This document shows, one piece after another, positions 10,599 to 23,000 of a DNA stretch of 64,000 bases. Origin of the DNA: Planctomycetota bacterium (lineage in GTDB: Bacteria; Planctomycetota; PLA2; JAEUHO01); assembly GCA_030066775.1 (NCBI GenBank), contig JASJAY010000003.1, forward strand, positions 53 to 64,052, given 5' to 3'. Position 1 is the first letter of the stretch. Each line of letters opens with the position of its first letter. The notes beneath the pieces are model-generated. The model searched no databases and had not been told where the DNA came from. It was given only the letters and a program-made list of their open reading frames with translations. The translations under genes were made by a program, and so were the position numbers.

Positions 10599-12004
10599 CA
10601 GTCGAGCGTCCGTTCCGCCAGCTCGCGCAGGCGGCAGGTCCAGTAGAGGCCGGCCAGGCCGAGGTCGTTCGCGAGGGCTTCCTGGTGATGCGCCATTGCG
10701 TTGCTGCCGCGCGTCTCGCGCGTGCGGTGTGCGACGCTCGACAACCACCAGAGGATGTGCCGTGGGCTGATCGCCAGCTCGACGATGGCCTTGAGGAAGA
10801 CGCGACGCATGCCGTCGGCGTAGTGGCGCTTGCGCTTGCCCAGCTGACGTCGGGGCAGCGAGCCGGCCAGCGTCTCGAGCTCGCCGCGCACGCGTTCGCG
10901 CTGTAGCAGCGGGACCTCGGCGTCGGGTGGGAGTCCCGCGTGCTCGACCGACTCCCCGTGACGGCCGATCAGGGAGGGCGCCACCTCGACCATGCGATCG
11001 AAGGCCGCGAGGTAGCTCCGCGGATTCCGCTCCACGTCGGCCGCCAGCGCACGGGCGAGCTCGACCTGCTCGTCCGGATCGAGGATGGGCCACAGCGCCA
11101 TCCAACGCTCGAGCAACGCAGGCAGGGAATGTCGGTCGAACGCCTCGCGGAACGAGGCGCCGAGGCCCTCGAGCTGGATCAGGTGGTAGTGGTCCTCGAG
11201 CGTGAACCCGCTGTCGTCCCCATGCGCTCCGTGCCCGTGCTCCGTGAAGAGCTGCGCGGCCTCCTTCGGGCGGCGCCACACGGCGGCCAAGGCGACTTCC
11301 TGGGCGGCGTCCGCCAGCAGCCAGTGATCGTCGTGGGCATCGTCGAGGTAGGGGGGCTCGAGCGCTTCCCGAATCGCCACGTCCGTGCGGCCCTCGAGCA
11401 GGTGCCGATGCCAGCGGCGCCGAAGCAGCCGGATGGCGCCGTGGCGCGCCGCCTGTCCCCGGAGGCGGCCCCAGCGCGCGACCTCGCCGCCGAGCGCCTG
11501 CTCGACGTCGTTCGGCTGGAACACGCTCGTGATCCAGGGCGCCACGGGCGCGTCCTCCCCGATCAGGGCCACGAGCGGCGCCGTGGCGCGCGGGGTGGGA
11601 TCGCCCAGCGCCTCGATCAGGAGCGCGCGATGCGCCGTCGTGCGAACGCATCCCGGCCGATCCCGGTGCGCGGTCTCGATGCGGGCGCGCGCGTCCTCGA
11701 GGTCGCCGCGGGCCAGCGCCTCCCAAGCGGTGCGCACGTCGTCCTCTGCCGGGTGCTCCGGCGCGTTGGCGTCCGTGTCCTCGCCGTCCTCGGGCGGCTC
11801 GATCCAGCGCGTCCACGAGAGGTACTCGAGCGCGCGCTCGTACGCCTGGTGCAGGCGTTGGAACGCTTCCGGCGCACGCTCCGGCCGGTACGTGCGGATC
11901 AGCTTCAGGTACGCGCGCTTGATCGTCAGCTCGTCTGCGCTCTCGGGGACGCCCAGCAGCTCGTGCGGATCGTTGCTGTCGGGCAGCGGCGGCAGGTCGC
12001 TCAT
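10598..12004 (-). CDS. J-domain protein (DjlB/DjlC-like co-chaperone)
   Basis: DPHELLGVPESADELTIKRAYLKLIRTYRPERAPEAFQRLHQAYE; RPE at the HPD position. Confidence 0.82.
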   Translation of the reverse strand: MSDLPPLPDSNDPHELLGVPESADELTIKRAYLKLIRTYRPERAPEAFQRLHQAYERALEYLSWTRWIEPPEDGEDTDANAPEHPAEDDVRTAWEALARGDLEDARARIETAHRDRPGCVRTTAHRALLIEALGDPTPRATAPLVALIGEDAPVAPWITSVFQPNDVEQALGGEVARWGRLRGQAARHGAIRLLRRRWHRHLLEGRTDVAIREALEPPYLDDAHDDHWLLADAAQEVALAAVWRRPKEAAQLFTEHGHGAHGDDSGFTLEDHYHLIQLEGLGASFREAFDRHSLPALLERWMALWPILDPDEQVELARALAADVERNPRSYLAAFDRMVEVAPSLIGRHGESVEHAGLPPDAEVPLLQRERVRGELETLAGSLPRRQLGKRKRHYADGMRRVFLKAIVELAISPRHILWWLSSVAHRTRETRGSNAMAHHQEALANDLGLAGLYWTCRLRELAERTLD

Positions 12005-13056
12005 CGGCCCGCCTCCCCGCCCGGTCCGCGGCCGCGTTCCGTGATCACCTGCATGCGCTTGCGGTCGAGCCGCTCGGCCGCCTTCTCGCACGCCACCAGC
12101 AGCTCGGCGAGGTCGTCGAGCGCGGGGAACTCCGGATCACCGATGTGCCGCGCCTTCGCGTAGACCAGCTCCTTCACGCCGTAGCGGATCTCCGCGATGT
12201 GCTCGCGCAGCCGCTGGTGGCGGACCAGCGAGATCGCGCGGTCCCGCTGCGCCTCCTCCGAGGCGCGCCGCACCTCCTGCCGTAGCGCGTTGACGGCGAC
12301 CAGGTGGCGCACGATGCGATCGTATGCGTCTCCGAGCGACTCGCCCTCGAGGACGCCCGTCGACTCGAGCCCGGCACCGGGCTTTGCCGGCTCGGGCCCC
12401 TTGACGCCGTCGACCGCCAACCCGAGGAGCTTCGCGACGAGCCAGATCGAGAAGATCGCGATCCAGAAGCTCCTGCGCCCGCGCTTCTTCTCTTCGACGC
12501 GTGCCGCGGCCGTGGTCGCGCTGCGCCGGCTCGGTTGTGCCGGCATGCCCTTGATGCGGCGGAACATCTGGGGATCGAGGGCGTACACCAGCGGGTAGTT
12601 GTCCTCGACGTACTGGGCGACGCGGCGCGGCTCCGCCACGTCCTGCGCCATCGCGCGGGCGCGGGGCGGCACGCCCAGTCGCGTCTCGAGCACGTGCAGC
12701 ACGACGGGCGGAACCCGCGGATCCGAACGCGCCTCGCGCCACTCCTCGCGTGCGGCAAGCACCTGACGCAGGCGGGCGAGGTCCAGCTTGGGATCGTCCG
12801 CCGAGAGACGCAGGAGCTCCGCTTCGAGCGTCGCGTCCGGCAGGGACGACTCGAGGCACGCGAGGATCCACGCCGCGCGGCCTTCGATGGCCGATCCGAA
12901 CCCGCGCGAGAGCTCCCGGCTGCGCCGGCGGAAGCGCGCGCGCAGGCCCGCGAGGTCCTGCGGTCCGTCCGCCACCTGCTTCGCCATGGCGTCGGCATAG
13001 GCAGCGCGCAGCTCCGCCTGCGAGCGGCAGGCTTCCATCCGCAGGCCGCCCTTCAC
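12001..13056 (-). CDS. Hypothetical single-TM protein in the Hsp70 operon
   Basis: GTG overlaps Hsp70 stop (GTGA); [22 protein letters not shown]; alternative start ATG ~13038. Confidence 0.6.
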   Translation of the reverse strand: MKGGLRMEACRSQAELRAAYADAMAKQVADGPQDLAGLRARFRRRSRELSRGFGSAIEGRAAWILACLESSLPDATLEAELLRLSADDPKLDLARLRQVLAAREEWREARSDPRVPPVVLHVLETRLGVPPRARAMAQDVAEPRRVAQYVEDNYPLVYALDPQMFRRIKGMPAQPSRRSATTAAARVEEKKRGRRSFWIAIFSIWLVAKLLGLAVDGVKGPEPAKPGAGLESTGVLEGESLGDAYDRIVRHLVAVNALRQEVRRASEEAQRDRAISLVRHQRLREHIAEIRYGVKELVYAKARHIGDPEFPALDDLAELLVACEKAAERLDRKRMQVITERGRGPGGEAGR

Positions 13057-14789
13057 CAACGCTCTCCGTCGTCGAGGAAGCTGACGAAGCGCTCCAGGTC
13101 GCGCACGGCGCGCTCGACGGCTTCCGGATCCCGGCGCGCGAGCGCGTCCTCGAGCACGTCGAGCATCGCCTCGAGGCGCTCGCGCTGATCGCTGACCACC
13201 TCGCGCATCAAGAGCTCCGCGCGGGCGATCAGGTCGCGCACGGCGGGCGTCTCGCGGGGGTCTTGCTTGATCTTCGCCAAGCGCTTTGCGGCGGCCTGGA
13301 TCTCGGTGTCCGAGAGCGAGGTCGAGGTGCGGCTGAGGATCTTCGAGACGGTCTTGCCGGTGTCCACGATCCGGCACTCCACCTCGAGGATGCCGTCGAG
13401 GTCGTACGTGAACGTGACCTCCACCTGCTGCCCCGGCGCGCCGCGCGGGATGTCCTTGACGATCAGCTCGCCGATCTTGCGGTTGTGGCTCGCCAGGCGC
13501 GCCTCGCCCTCGTAGACGTCGATGCGCATCTGCGTCTGGTTCGGCTCGACGGTGCTGAGGATCTGCGACTGCGACGTGGGGATCACGCTGTTGCGGTGGA
13601 TGATCGGCAGGAAGAACCCGTCGACCTTCTTGTGGCCGTAGTGCTTCACCACCGACGTGCCCAGGCTGTGGGAGGCAACGTCGGTGACGACCATGTCGCC
13701 GACGCCTTCGTCGTCGGCGATGAGCGCGGCCTGGATGGCCGCGCCGTGCACGATGGCGAGGTCCGGATCGACGCCCTCTTGCGGGGCCCGGTCGAAGCGC
13801 TCGCGCACGAATCGCTGGATGCACGGCATGCGCGTGGCGCCGCCGACGAGGATCACCTCGGTGATGTCGGTCTTGTTGAGCCCCGCGCCGCGCATCGCCG
13901 CCCGGCAGGGACCGCGCAGGCGATCCAGGAGCGGGGCGAATGCGTCCTCGGCGTCCTCTCGCGAGACCGTGACGGGAACCGGCTGGTCCAGCTGGCGACG
14001 GACGGGCGGCACCACGATCTCGACCGACTCGGCTTCGCTCAGCTTGCGCTTCGCCAGCTCGGCGCGCTTGAGGAGCAGCGTGATCCCCTCCGGATCGTTC
14101 ATCTCCGCCGTCTCGTAGGTCGCCCCGGCGCGCGTCAGTGCGAGGCTAGCCAGACGGCGGGTGAAGTCCTCGCCGCCGAGCATGCTCTCGCCGGCCACGC
14201 TGCGCACCATGAGTGCGCCTTCGAAGCGGTCCATCACGCAGACGTCGAACGTGCCGCCGCCCAGATCCACGACGACGATCGTGCCGTCCGGGCCCTTGCC
14301 GTGGACGCCGTGGGCGATCGCCGCCGCCGTCGGCTCGTTGAGGATGCGCTCGACGACCCAGCCCGCCATCTCGCCGGCCTTGCGCGTCGCGAAGCGCTGG
14401 GCCTCGTTGAAGTACGCCGGCACGGTGATGACGCAGCGGCTCGCCTCGCGTCCGAGCGTGCGGGCGGCGTCCTGCTTCAGCTGCTTGAGCACCATCGACG
14501 ACAGCTCGACGCTCGAGTACTTGGCCCCGGCGATCGAGTAGGAGAGGTCGCTGCCCATGCCGCGCTTGAAGGCGGCCGCGCCCAGCTCGGGGTGCGCGGC
14601 GTAGATGTCCTTCGCGGTGCGGCCCACGAGCAGCGCGCCGCCGCGCTTGTCCATGGCGACGACGGAGGGCGTGAGCGGATCGCCGAGCCCGCTTTCGAAC
14701 ACCTCGACGGCACCGGCGCGGAAGACCGCGACCGTGCTGTTGGTCGTGCCGAGATCGATCCCGACGATGGGGCCCTCGTCTGCGCTCAT
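13053..14789 (-). CDS. hscC: HscC-like Hsp70 chaperone
   Basis: [51 protein letters not shown] segment and ~578 aa length resemble HscC more than DnaK. Confidence 0.85.
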   Translation of the reverse strand: MSADEGPIVGIDLGTTNSTVAVFRAGAVEVFESGLGDPLTPSVVAMDKRGGALLVGRTAKDIYAAHPELGAAAFKRGMGSDLSYSIAGAKYSSVELSSMVLKQLKQDAARTLGREASRCVITVPAYFNEAQRFATRKAGEMAGWVVERILNEPTAAAIAHGVHGKGPDGTIVVVDLGGGTFDVCVMDRFEGALMVRSVAGESMLGGEDFTRRLASLALTRAGATYETAEMNDPEGITLLLKRAELAKRKLSEAESVEIVVPPVRRQLDQPVPVTVSREDAEDAFAPLLDRLRGPCRAAMRGAGLNKTDITEVILVGGATRMPCIQRFVRERFDRAPQEGVDPDLAIVHGAAIQAALIADDEGVGDMVVTDVASHSLGTSVVKHYGHKKVDGFFLPIIHRNSVIPTSQSQILSTVEPNQTQMRIDVYEGEARLASHNRKIGELIVKDIPRGAPGQQVEVTFTYDLDGILEVECRIVDTGKTVSKILSRTSTSLSDTEIQAAAKRLAKIKQDPRETPAVRDLIARAELLMREVVSDQRERLEAMLDVLEDALARRDPEAVERAVRDLERFVSFLDDGERW

Positions 14790-14902
14790 CACCGGGCCAT
14801 TCTGCCTCGGTGGTCGGCGCGCGTCTCCCTCGAGTTGCGTCCCGTCCGGGCCTCGGCCCCTTCGTTCCGCGCTAGACTCGGCCCCTCGAGGAGGAGGGAG
14901 CG

Positions 14903-17900
14903 ATGCGCAACCTGATCTGGGTGGCGCTGGCCGTCGCGATCGGCGTCGGCGCCTATCTCGCGCTGGACGACAGCGCCACGGACGGTGGCTACGAGCTCGA
15001 CACGGACGGCGGTGCGGAGGCGCCCGAGGATCCGGGCGCGACGCTCGAGGGCACCGGCACGGCGCTGACCGCCGAGTCGGAAGCCGATGCGGTGGCGGGC
15101 GGCAGTGCGCGGCTGCGCGGCCGCGTCGTCGATCTCGCGGGCGCGCCCGTCGCCGGCGTCTCGCTCGAGCTGCGCACGCCCACGCGCCCGCGCTGGATCG
15201 CCTGGCGCCCGACCCGCTACCTGGAGCAGATGTTCGAGCCGCCGGCCACCGCGACGCGGCCGCTCGCGACACAGACGTCGGGGGCCGACGGCACCTTCAC
15301 CTTCCCTCGTCTCGACCCGCGGCGCAGCTACACGTTGCGCGCGCTGCCTGCAGCCGGCCGCTGCGGCAACGAACGCCACCTCGGCCAGGACGACATGCAT
15401 CGGGAGATCACGCTCGTGGTCTCGCCCGGTTCGCCGCTGGCCGTGCGTACCGTCGACGCGGACGGAGCCGGGATCCAGGCCTGGGTGTCGGCGTCCCTGC
15501 CGAACGACGGCGTGACGAAGGACCGCCCGGTCGCGCGCAACTGGCGCCTTCCCGCGACGCGGGCCGGTGCCGACGGCCGTCTCGCGCTGGCCGCGGTTCC
15601 CGACGGCGAGCTGATCTTCGACGTGACGCTGCCGGGTGTCGGCCGCCGATCGGGCCTGAAGGTGACGGTGCCTCACGAGGGCGAGGTCGTCCTGGCGCTC
15701 GGCGACGCGGATGGCGGTGGCGTGCGCGGCACGGTCACGAACACGGCCGGACAGCCGGTTTCCGGCGCCGGTGTGATGGTGATGGCCTACCCGGGTGAGA
15801 GTCAGAACTGGCAGATGCGCATCCTGCGCGTCGCCAAGACGGCGGCCGACGGCTCGTACAGCGTCGGCGGGATCCCCGAGGGCCGTCTGCAGTCCGTTGC
15901 CGTTGCCGCCGACGGATACCTCTACCTTCCGAACGCCACCAGCACGCGCCCGATCGGCGCCGGTGAGACGCTCGTGGTGGACGCGACGGTCTACCGGGGC
16001 GGCATCCTCGAAGGCACGGTGCGCGATGCGGACGGACAGCCCGTTGCGAATGCGCGGCTGGCCACGGGCTTCGCCGGCACGCGCTACAACGCGACGAATC
16101 CAGGCGTCGCCACGGCGAGCGCCGACGGGCGCTACCGGATGGAGAACGTGCCGCTCGGGGCCGGCCGCCTCGCCGCGTGGGCGCCGGGCCACTACACGAC
16201 GCCGCCCGAGGGCCGCCACCGGAATTACTGGTTCATCGCAAACGTCGGGGTGCCGTTCGAGCTGGCCGACGAGGGCCAGACGATCCAGGTCGACATCGCG
16301 CTTGCGCCTTCGGTGCCGATCGGCGGCCGCGTCGTGGACGCGGAGGGGACGCCGGTGGCGGGCGTGCACGTCGAGGCCAAGGGGAGCCTGCAGCAGGCCG
16401 TCTTGCACTTCGACCCGATCGGGCTCAGCGCGGTCACCGACGACGAGGGGCGCTTCGCGCTCGCCGGACTGCCGCCGGGATCCTGGCGGCTGGAGACGGC
16501 GACGTCCGTCGGCATCAGCGAGCCGTTCAACGTCGCCGTCAAGGCGGGCGCCGAGACGCCGGACATCGAGATCGTGCTGCGCCCGGGCGGCTCCGTCGCC
16601 GGCCGCGTCGAGGTCGAGGGAAGGCCGCCCGCCGAGCCGCTGAACGTGCAGCTGAGCCTCCGCGCGCAGCGCCCCGCCTACGGCGCCAGCAATCGCTCCG
16701 CGACGACGAAGCCCGACGGTTCGTTCCTCTTCGAAGACGTCGCGGCCGGCGAGTACGAGGCCTTCGTGACCGCCCAGTTCAGCCAGACCGTGGGCGAGCG
16801 CACGGCCGTGACCGTCGCGTGGGGTGCGCGCACCGAGGACGTGGTCGTCATCGGTGCCGACGTCGGATCGATCCGCGGCATGGTCGTCGATCCGCAGGGC
16901 AAACCGCTGGGCGGCGTGAACGTGATGCTGGAGTACGTCCACGACAACATGAACGCCAGCTGGCAGAACGCGAGCGGGCCGGACGGCCGCTTCCAGTTCG
17001 ACTCGCTGCCTGCGGGCAAGTACGCCCTCTACGTCACGGGCACGAAGGAGAAGGTCGTCGCCGAGCCCGGCACCCACGACCTGCGGCTGGTGCACCGCAA
17101 GGGCGATGCGCTCGTGATCGAGGGCAAGGTGCTCGCACCCGACGGCACGCCCGTCGCCGCAGGCCAGCTGATGGTGTTCTTCGTGAAGGGCAGTGGCTCG
17201 ACCGGCACCGGCACGATGATCTCCGGCGGCACGTTCCGCTTCGACGGCGTGAGGACCGACGGGAAGATCAGCCTCCAGGTCTCCGCGCCGTCCGACAGCG
17301 CGGGCCGCCCGCTGCGCACGCGCCCCTTCCTGATCGAGGACTACCAGCCGGACGGCGAGCCGCTCACGATCCAGCTCGAGGAGGGCCTGCGCATCGCCGG
17401 CCGCGTGGTGGACGACACGGGCGCGCCGGTCGAGGGGATCCGCCTCCGCGTGAACGCGAAGCGCACGGGGGAAAACCGTCATCTGTGGCACCACATGTTC
17501 CGGATCGAGCCCGTCGTGACGGATGCCGAGGGCCGCTTCGAGGCGGTCGGGCTGGGCGAAGGCATGCACACGCTCGAGTTCCAGCAGGCGGGAGACTGGA
17601 TCGCCGACCCGTCGTCGGTCGAGGCCGCGGCCGGGGCGCGCGACGTCGAGCTCGTCGTGACGCGCGGCGTGCGCATCACGGGCCGCGTGCTGGGGCCCGA
17701 GGGCGAGGCGATCGTCGGGGCCCAGGTCTACTGGCGGCAGAACCGCCCGAAGGGGACGCGCGCCTGGACTCCCAAGCGCGGCCGGGCGACGACCGACGCC
17801 GAGGGCGCCTACGAGATCCGCGGGATCCCGAAGGACGCGCTGGGCACCGTGTCCGTCAACGCCCCGAGTGGGTCCACCAATCCGTACCTCGCCGCGAGTC

Positions 17901-18724
17901 GCAAGGACGTCCCGACGGGCGCCACCGGTGTCGACTTCACGCTGGACCTCGGCGTGTTCATCGAAGGCACAGTGACGGGGCCCGAGGGTGAGCCCGTGGG
18001 CGACCTGCACGTCAACGCCCGACCCGTGAGCAAGGAGAGCGGTCGACGCCGCGTCAGCACGTGGGTGCGTGCCGGCAGCACCACGTTCCGCCTCGGGCCC
18101 ATGGCGCCGGGTCTCTACAAGCTCAGCGCAGGCGCCAGCGGCGAGTACAAGCGGCCCGAGCCGATCGAGGTGCGTGCCCCCGCAGCCGACGTGAAGATCG
18201 TCGTGCCGCGCGGCAACCCCGTCCGCGGCACGCTCCAGGGCGACGATGTCGCGGGCTTCGACATCTGGTTCGGCTACCGGCCCGAGCGGGGCGGCTGGAG
18301 CGCTCGACAGGCGCGCGTGCGCTCCGACGGCAGCTTCCTGATCTCGCTGGCCGACGACGTGACCGGCGTGATCTACGCCTACAAGGACGGCGACACGCGC
18401 TATGCCTTCGTAGAAGACGTCCGTCCCGCGGCGGGCCCCGTGACGGTCCGGCTGCAGCAAGGCAAGCGCATCGCGGGACGCGTCGAGAACCTGGATCCCG
18501 ACGCCAAGACGCGCTTCAACGGCGAGTTCGTGGCCCAAGTGACACTGCGCCACGAGAGCGGCTTCCAGCGCTCGGCCTTGGTTGCCAAGGACGGGACGTT
18601 CGAGGCGACCGGCCTCCCGGACGGCACCTTCAGCGCCAGCGTGCGGCAGGGCCGACGCCGAGCGAAGTCGGTGGACGCAGAAGCGGGAACCACCGGCCTC
18701 GTCCTCCGTTTGGTCGAGAGGTAG
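14903..18724 (+). CDS. Large membrane-anchored carboxypeptidase-regulatory-like (beta-sandwich) repeat protein
   Basis: N-terminal TM; many G(R/T)VVD..G.PV.G and T..DG.(F/Y) repeats; SD GAGGAGG. Confidence 0.85.
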   Translation: MRNLIWVALAVAIGVGAYLALDDSATDGGYELDTDGGAEAPEDPGATLEGTGTALTAESEADAVAGGSARLRGRVVDLAGAPVAGVSLELRTPTRPRWIAWRPTRYLEQMFEPPATATRPLATQTSGADGTFTFPRLDPRRSYTLRALPAAGRCGNERHLGQDDMHREITLVVSPGSPLAVRTVDADGAGIQAWVSASLPNDGVTKDRPVARNWRLPATRAGADGRLALAAVPDGELIFDVTLPGVGRRSGLKVTVPHEGEVVLALGDADGGGVRGTVTNTAGQPVSGAGVMVMAYPGESQNWQMRILRVAKTAADGSYSVGGIPEGRLQSVAVAADGYLYLPNATSTRPIGAGETLVVDATVYRGGILEGTVRDADGQPVANARLATGFAGTRYNATNPGVATASADGRYRMENVPLGAGRLAAWAPGHYTTPPEGRHRNYWFIANVGVPFELADEGQTIQVDIALAPSVPIGGRVVDAEGTPVAGVHVEAKGSLQQAVLHFDPIGLSAVTDDEGRFALAGLPPGSWRLETATSVGISEPFNVAVKAGAETPDIEIVLRPGGSVAGRVEVEGRPPAEPLNVQLSLRAQRPAYGASNRSATTKPDGSFLFEDVAAGEYEAFVTAQFSQTVGERTAVTVAWGARTEDVVVIGADVGSIRGMVVDPQGKPLGGVNVMLEYVHDNMNASWQNASGPDGRFQFDSLPAGKYALYVTGTKEKVVAEPGTHDLRLVHRKGDALVIEGKVLAPDGTPVAAGQLMVFFVKGSGSTGTGTMISGGTFRFDGVRTDGKISLQVSAPSDSAGRPLRTRPFLIEDYQPDGEPLTIQLEEGLRIAGRVVDDTGAPVEGIRLRVNAKRTGENRHLWHHMFRIEPVVTDAEGRFEAVGLGEGMHTLEFQQAGDWIADPSSVEAAAGARDVELVVTRGVRITGRVLGPEGEAIVGAQVYWRQNRPKGTRAWTPKRGRATTDAEGAYEIRGIPKDALGTVSVNAPSGSTNPYLAASRKDVPTGATGVDFTLDLGVFIEGTVTGPEGEPVGDLHVNARPVSKESGRRRVSTWVRAGSTTFRLGPMAPGLYKLSAGASGEYKRPEPIEVRAPAADVKIVVPRGNPVRGTLQGDDVAGFDIWFGYRPERGGWSARQARVRSDGSFLISLADDVTGVIYAYKDGDTRYAFVEDVRPAAGPVTVRLQQGKRIAGRVENLDPDAKTRFNGEFVAQVTLRHESGFQRSALVAKDGTFEATGLPDGTFSASVRQGRRRAKSVDAEAGTTGLVLRLVER

Positions 18725-18732
18725 GAGGGCCC

Positions 18733-20058
18733 ATGCACACACGACGACTCTGCCTCCTCGCGGTGCTCGCCGCATTGGTCGCCCCGCCCGCAGCCGCCGA
18801 GGACGACGTCGGCTCGGCCGTGGGGGATCGCGCGCCGGAGATCTCGGCCACCACGTGGCTCAACACGGCGGAGGGGGAGAGCCCGCTCGACGGCGACGTC
18901 GACCCCAAGCTCATCCTGCTCGAGTTCTGGGGCACGTGGTGCGGGCCGTGTGTGCGCTCGATGCCCAAGATCCAGTCGCTCTGGGACCGCTACCGCGACC
19001 ACGGCCTCCTGGTCATTGCGATCACGCGCGAGAACGCGGGCGAGGTGCGCGGCTTCCTGAAGGAGAAGGGCTACACGATGCCCGTCGGCTGCGATCCCTC
19101 GCAGACGTGCATCGGGCAGTTTGCCCTCGACGGCTGGCCCACGAGCGTGATCCTCGATCGCACGATGCGCATCGTGTGGCGCGGGAGCCCGTCCGGCGCC
19201 GAAGCGCAGGTCGAGAAGGGGCTGGGCCTCGAGAGCAGCCCGAACACGCTCCTCGGTCTGTATCTCGAGGCCGCGGCCAAGGGTGACAAGGACGCGCTGC
19301 GCCAGCCCATGGAGCGGTTGGTCGCCAAGGCGCCCGCGACGTTCGACCTCAAGGCGTGGGCCGAGGGCGCGCTCGAGGCGGACACGCCTGAGCTCGAGAA
19401 GCCGAAGACGCTCAAGGCGAAGGCGGCCTGCAAGCTGCTCGACAAGCTCGCCAAGCAGTGGGGGGACGACGCCAAGCGCACCGCGCTGCTCCAGCAGCTT
19501 GCGGGTGGAGCGCCGAGCGATGTCGACCTCCGCGCCTGGATCCAACCGCGCTACCAGAAGGCCTATCCCTTCAAGACGGCCGAGCTCAAGGAGCTCTTGG
19601 CCAAGAAGCGCTACGCGACCATCGTGGACATGTTCGTGGACCGCGCCCCGTCGGGCTCCGTCTACAAGCTGGCCGGCAAGGACGACGGGCTGGTCGCGTA
19701 CTGCGACAAGAACGCGCCCGACGCCTGGACCTTCGCACGCAAGGCGACCATGGGGCGCATGTACTGGATGTCCGACGACCCGCCGCCCGAGGACTTCGAC
19801 AGCGAGGCGTTCTCACGCGACATTTCGGTGAACGGCATCGCGTTCGATGAAGAGCGCAAACGGGTGGTCGGGATCATCATCGGCGGCGGCATGGTCACGA
19901 AGCAGGCCGCGGAGGGCTACGCACGGAACCAGATGGCGCGCTCGATGATCATGAACGCCATCGCCGGTGGGCAGGCGCTCAAGCCGGCGAAGCTCGAGAA
20001 GAAGGTCGATGACGAGCTCGCGAAGATCGTCAAAGGCCTGAAGCAGAAGTACGGCTAG
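18733..20058 (+). CDS. Exported TlpA-family thiol-disulfide oxidoreductase with helical C-terminal extension
   Basis: ATG 18733 after AGGAGG; signal peptide; EFWGTWCGPC; GWPT cis-Pro loop. Confidence 0.88.
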   Translation: MHTRRLCLLAVLAALVAPPAAAEDDVGSAVGDRAPEISATTWLNTAEGESPLDGDVDPKLILLEFWGTWCGPCVRSMPKIQSLWDRYRDHGLLVIAITRENAGEVRGFLKEKGYTMPVGCDPSQTCIGQFALDGWPTSVILDRTMRIVWRGSPSGAEAQVEKGLGLESSPNTLLGLYLEAAAKGDKDALRQPMERLVAKAPATFDLKAWAEGALEADTPELEKPKTLKAKAACKLLDKLAKQWGDDAKRTALLQQLAGGAPSDVDLRAWIQPRYQKAYPFKTAELKELLAKKRYATIVDMFVDRAPSGSVYKLAGKDDGLVAYCDKNAPDAWTFARKATMGRMYWMSDDPPPEDFDSEAFSRDISVNGIAFDEERKRVVGIIIGGGMVTKQAAEGYARNQMARSMIMNAIAGGQALKPAKLEKKVDDELAKIVKGLKQKYG

Positions 20059-20073
20059 GGAGAGGGAGCGCGC

Positions 20074-23000
20074 GTGCGGGCAGTCGCAGTCGGTCTGGTC
20101 GGAGGGGCGATCCTCGTTCTGCTCCTCTGGTGGCTCGGCTTCGGCGAGCCGGACCCCGACGAGGGCTTCGAGGTCGAAACCGCGACGGAAGCGCCCGAGG
20201 ACACGGACGAGCCGGACGCCGCGACCCTCGAGGGCCGCGCCACCGGTACGGAGAACGTGACACGCACCGTCGAGCTGACGGGCACCGCCATCGTCCGCGC
20301 CCAGGTCGTCGACGCGGACGCCAAGCCGATGGCCGGGGTGCAGGTGGAGCTGCGTCTCCAGAAGCGCCACGACCGCTTCCACTGGCGGCCGTCGACCCAC
20401 GCCGCCGAGCAGTTCAAGCCGCCCGTCGACCTGGAGCTGATCGACTCGCGCCTCTCGCAGGAAGACGGTTGGGTGGAGTTCCGCGGGCTCGACGTGCGCG
20501 GCGGCTATCAGCTGCGCGCCCTGCCGGAGCCGCCCTTCTTCTCCGCCCAGGCGACCATCTATCCCGGCCACACGAGCGTGCCGCCCGTGCTGATGCTCGA
20601 CAAGGGTGTCCCCCTGCGCGTGCGCGTCGTGGACGCCGAGGGCAAGGGGCTCAAGGCGTGGGTCTCGGGCGGCATCCGCAAGGAGCCCGACCACCGCGGA
20701 TGGAACGAGCTCACGACCTGGCACCTGCCACGCACACCGACGACAGGCGACGGCCGCCTCGGCCTGCCTGCCGTGCCCGAGACCGTGCTCTCCTTCAACG
20801 TCTTCGTGCCGGGCCGCGGCTCGCGCAACGGCATCGAGCTCGCGCCGCCCTTCGACGAAGAGATCCTGCTGCCGTTCGAGCACGCGGGCGGCCCCGTGAT
20901 CCGCGGGCGCGTCAGCGACTCGTCGGGCCAGCCGGTGGCGAACGCGCGCCTGATCGCGAACCTCAACCCCAAGGGCGCCCACGACTGGCAGTCGCGGTAC
21001 ACGCGCGTGGCGCAGTCCGGTGGCGACGGCACGTACCGCATCACGGGCCTGCCGGCCGGCTATCTCACCGGCCTCTCGGTCCACGCCGAGGGATACATCT
21101 ACGTGCAGTCGGCTGCGCCGATGATGGACGTGACCGACGGCCAGGACGTCGCGATCGACGTGACGCTCTACCGGGGCGGGATCCTCGAAGGCACGGTGCG
21201 GGATCCGGAGGGCAAGCCCATTCCCTCCGCACGCGTCGTCGCCGCGCTGCCGAACCAGCACTACTGGAACAACCGCGGCACGACGGCTGTGGCGGACGAG
21301 TCCGGCCACTACCGCATCGAGGACGTCCCGCTGGGCAAGGGCCACGTCGGCGCCTACGCGGACGGCTTCTACATGCCCGTACCGGAGGGCGTGAAGGTCC
21401 AGAGCTGGCAGATGCCGCCGGGCGCGCTCTACGAGGTGAAGGAGGAAGGGCAGCGCCTCACGCGCGACGTGCAGCTCGAGCGCGGCGTGCGGGTCGAAGG
21501 CCAGGTCGTCGACGAGAGCGAGGCGCCCGTGGTGGGGGCGCGCGTGTGGGCCTCCGGCAACCTGCAGCAGCGCCTCTACGCCTTCGACCAGTACGCGACC
21601 CAGCGCGTCACCGACGCCGAGGGGCGCTTCGAGTACCTCGGCCTGGCGCCGGGTGATGTGTGGCGCTTCGGCGCCAACACCTCCGAGGGCCACGCGAAGC
21701 AGGTCAGCGTCACGCTGGCCGCCGGCAAGGAGCAGGAGCCGATCAAGCTCGTCTTCCAAACGAAGGGCGCCATCCGCGGCAAGGTCGACGCGGGCTCGCG
21801 TCGCCTGACCCGGCCCATCGCGGTCTCGATTCGCCGCAAGCAGGGCGGCGGCTCCTACTCGACCAGCACGCGCGCGGACGGCGGCTTCGAGCAGAAGAAC
21901 CTCGCCGCCGGCACGTACGACGTCTACGCCAGCGACGGCCTCGGGCGGCGCGTGGGGACCGCCGTCACCGTGGAGGTGGTCGACGGCAAGGTCACGGACG
22001 ACGTCAAGATCGCCGTCGAGCCCCTGGCGCACGTGATGGGCCGCGTGGTCGACCTCGACGGCGAGGCCGTCCCCGGCGTGCAGGTGAAGCTCTACTACAA
22101 GAACGCGCGCGGCGGCAACCAGACCAACAGCACGAACACGCGCGCGGACGGGCGCTTCGCCTGGCGCGACCTGATCGACGGCGACTACGAGGTCCGGATC
22201 GCCGAGGAGAAGACGCGCTACGGCGTGCGTCCCGGCGAGGAAGAGCAGAAGTACGTCTACGTCATGCCCCCGAAGGAGTTCGTCGAGGGCACGGTCGTGG
22301 ATCCGGAGGGGCGACCCGTGGCCGGCGGCTCCGTGAGCATCCGCCGCGTGCGCAAGCCCGGCAACTGGAACGGCTCGGGCGCGCAGATCGTCAACGGCCG
22401 CTTCCGGGGCGAAGCCCCGCGCGGGGACGGGCACATCGACGTCGCCGTCGACAACGCCCTCGACGCCTTCGGTCGCAAGCTCAACACGCTGCCCTACCTG
22501 TACGAGGCGTGGACGCCCGGCAGCGGTCCGCTCCAGATCAAGCTCGAGAAGGGCTACAAGATCGCGGGGCAGGTCCGCGGCCCCGACGGCAAGCCGATGC
22601 CGCACGTCGGCATCCACATCCAGCAAGAGCGCCGCGACGGACGCAAGTGGTACGGCTACTACTACCGCAACTACCACACGAACCTGCGTACCGGGGAAGA
22701 CGGGCGCTTCGAGCAGCTCGGGCTCAAGGAAGGGCGTTACGAGGTCTACGCCCAGCCCGGCGACAAGTACATGCAGCCGGAGCCCGTGAGCACGGAAGCG
22801 GGCGCCGAGAACGTGGTCGTTCGCATCGAGGCCGGCTTGACGATCCAGGGGCGCGTCGTCTGCCCGGAGGGCCAGCCGATCGTCGGCGCGAACATCAACT
22901 ACTCGTGGTCGATCAAGGACGAGCGCGGGCGCAACCGCAACCGCAATCGATCGGCCAAGACGGACGCCGACGGGGCGTTCACCGTGGGCGGGCTCCCCGC

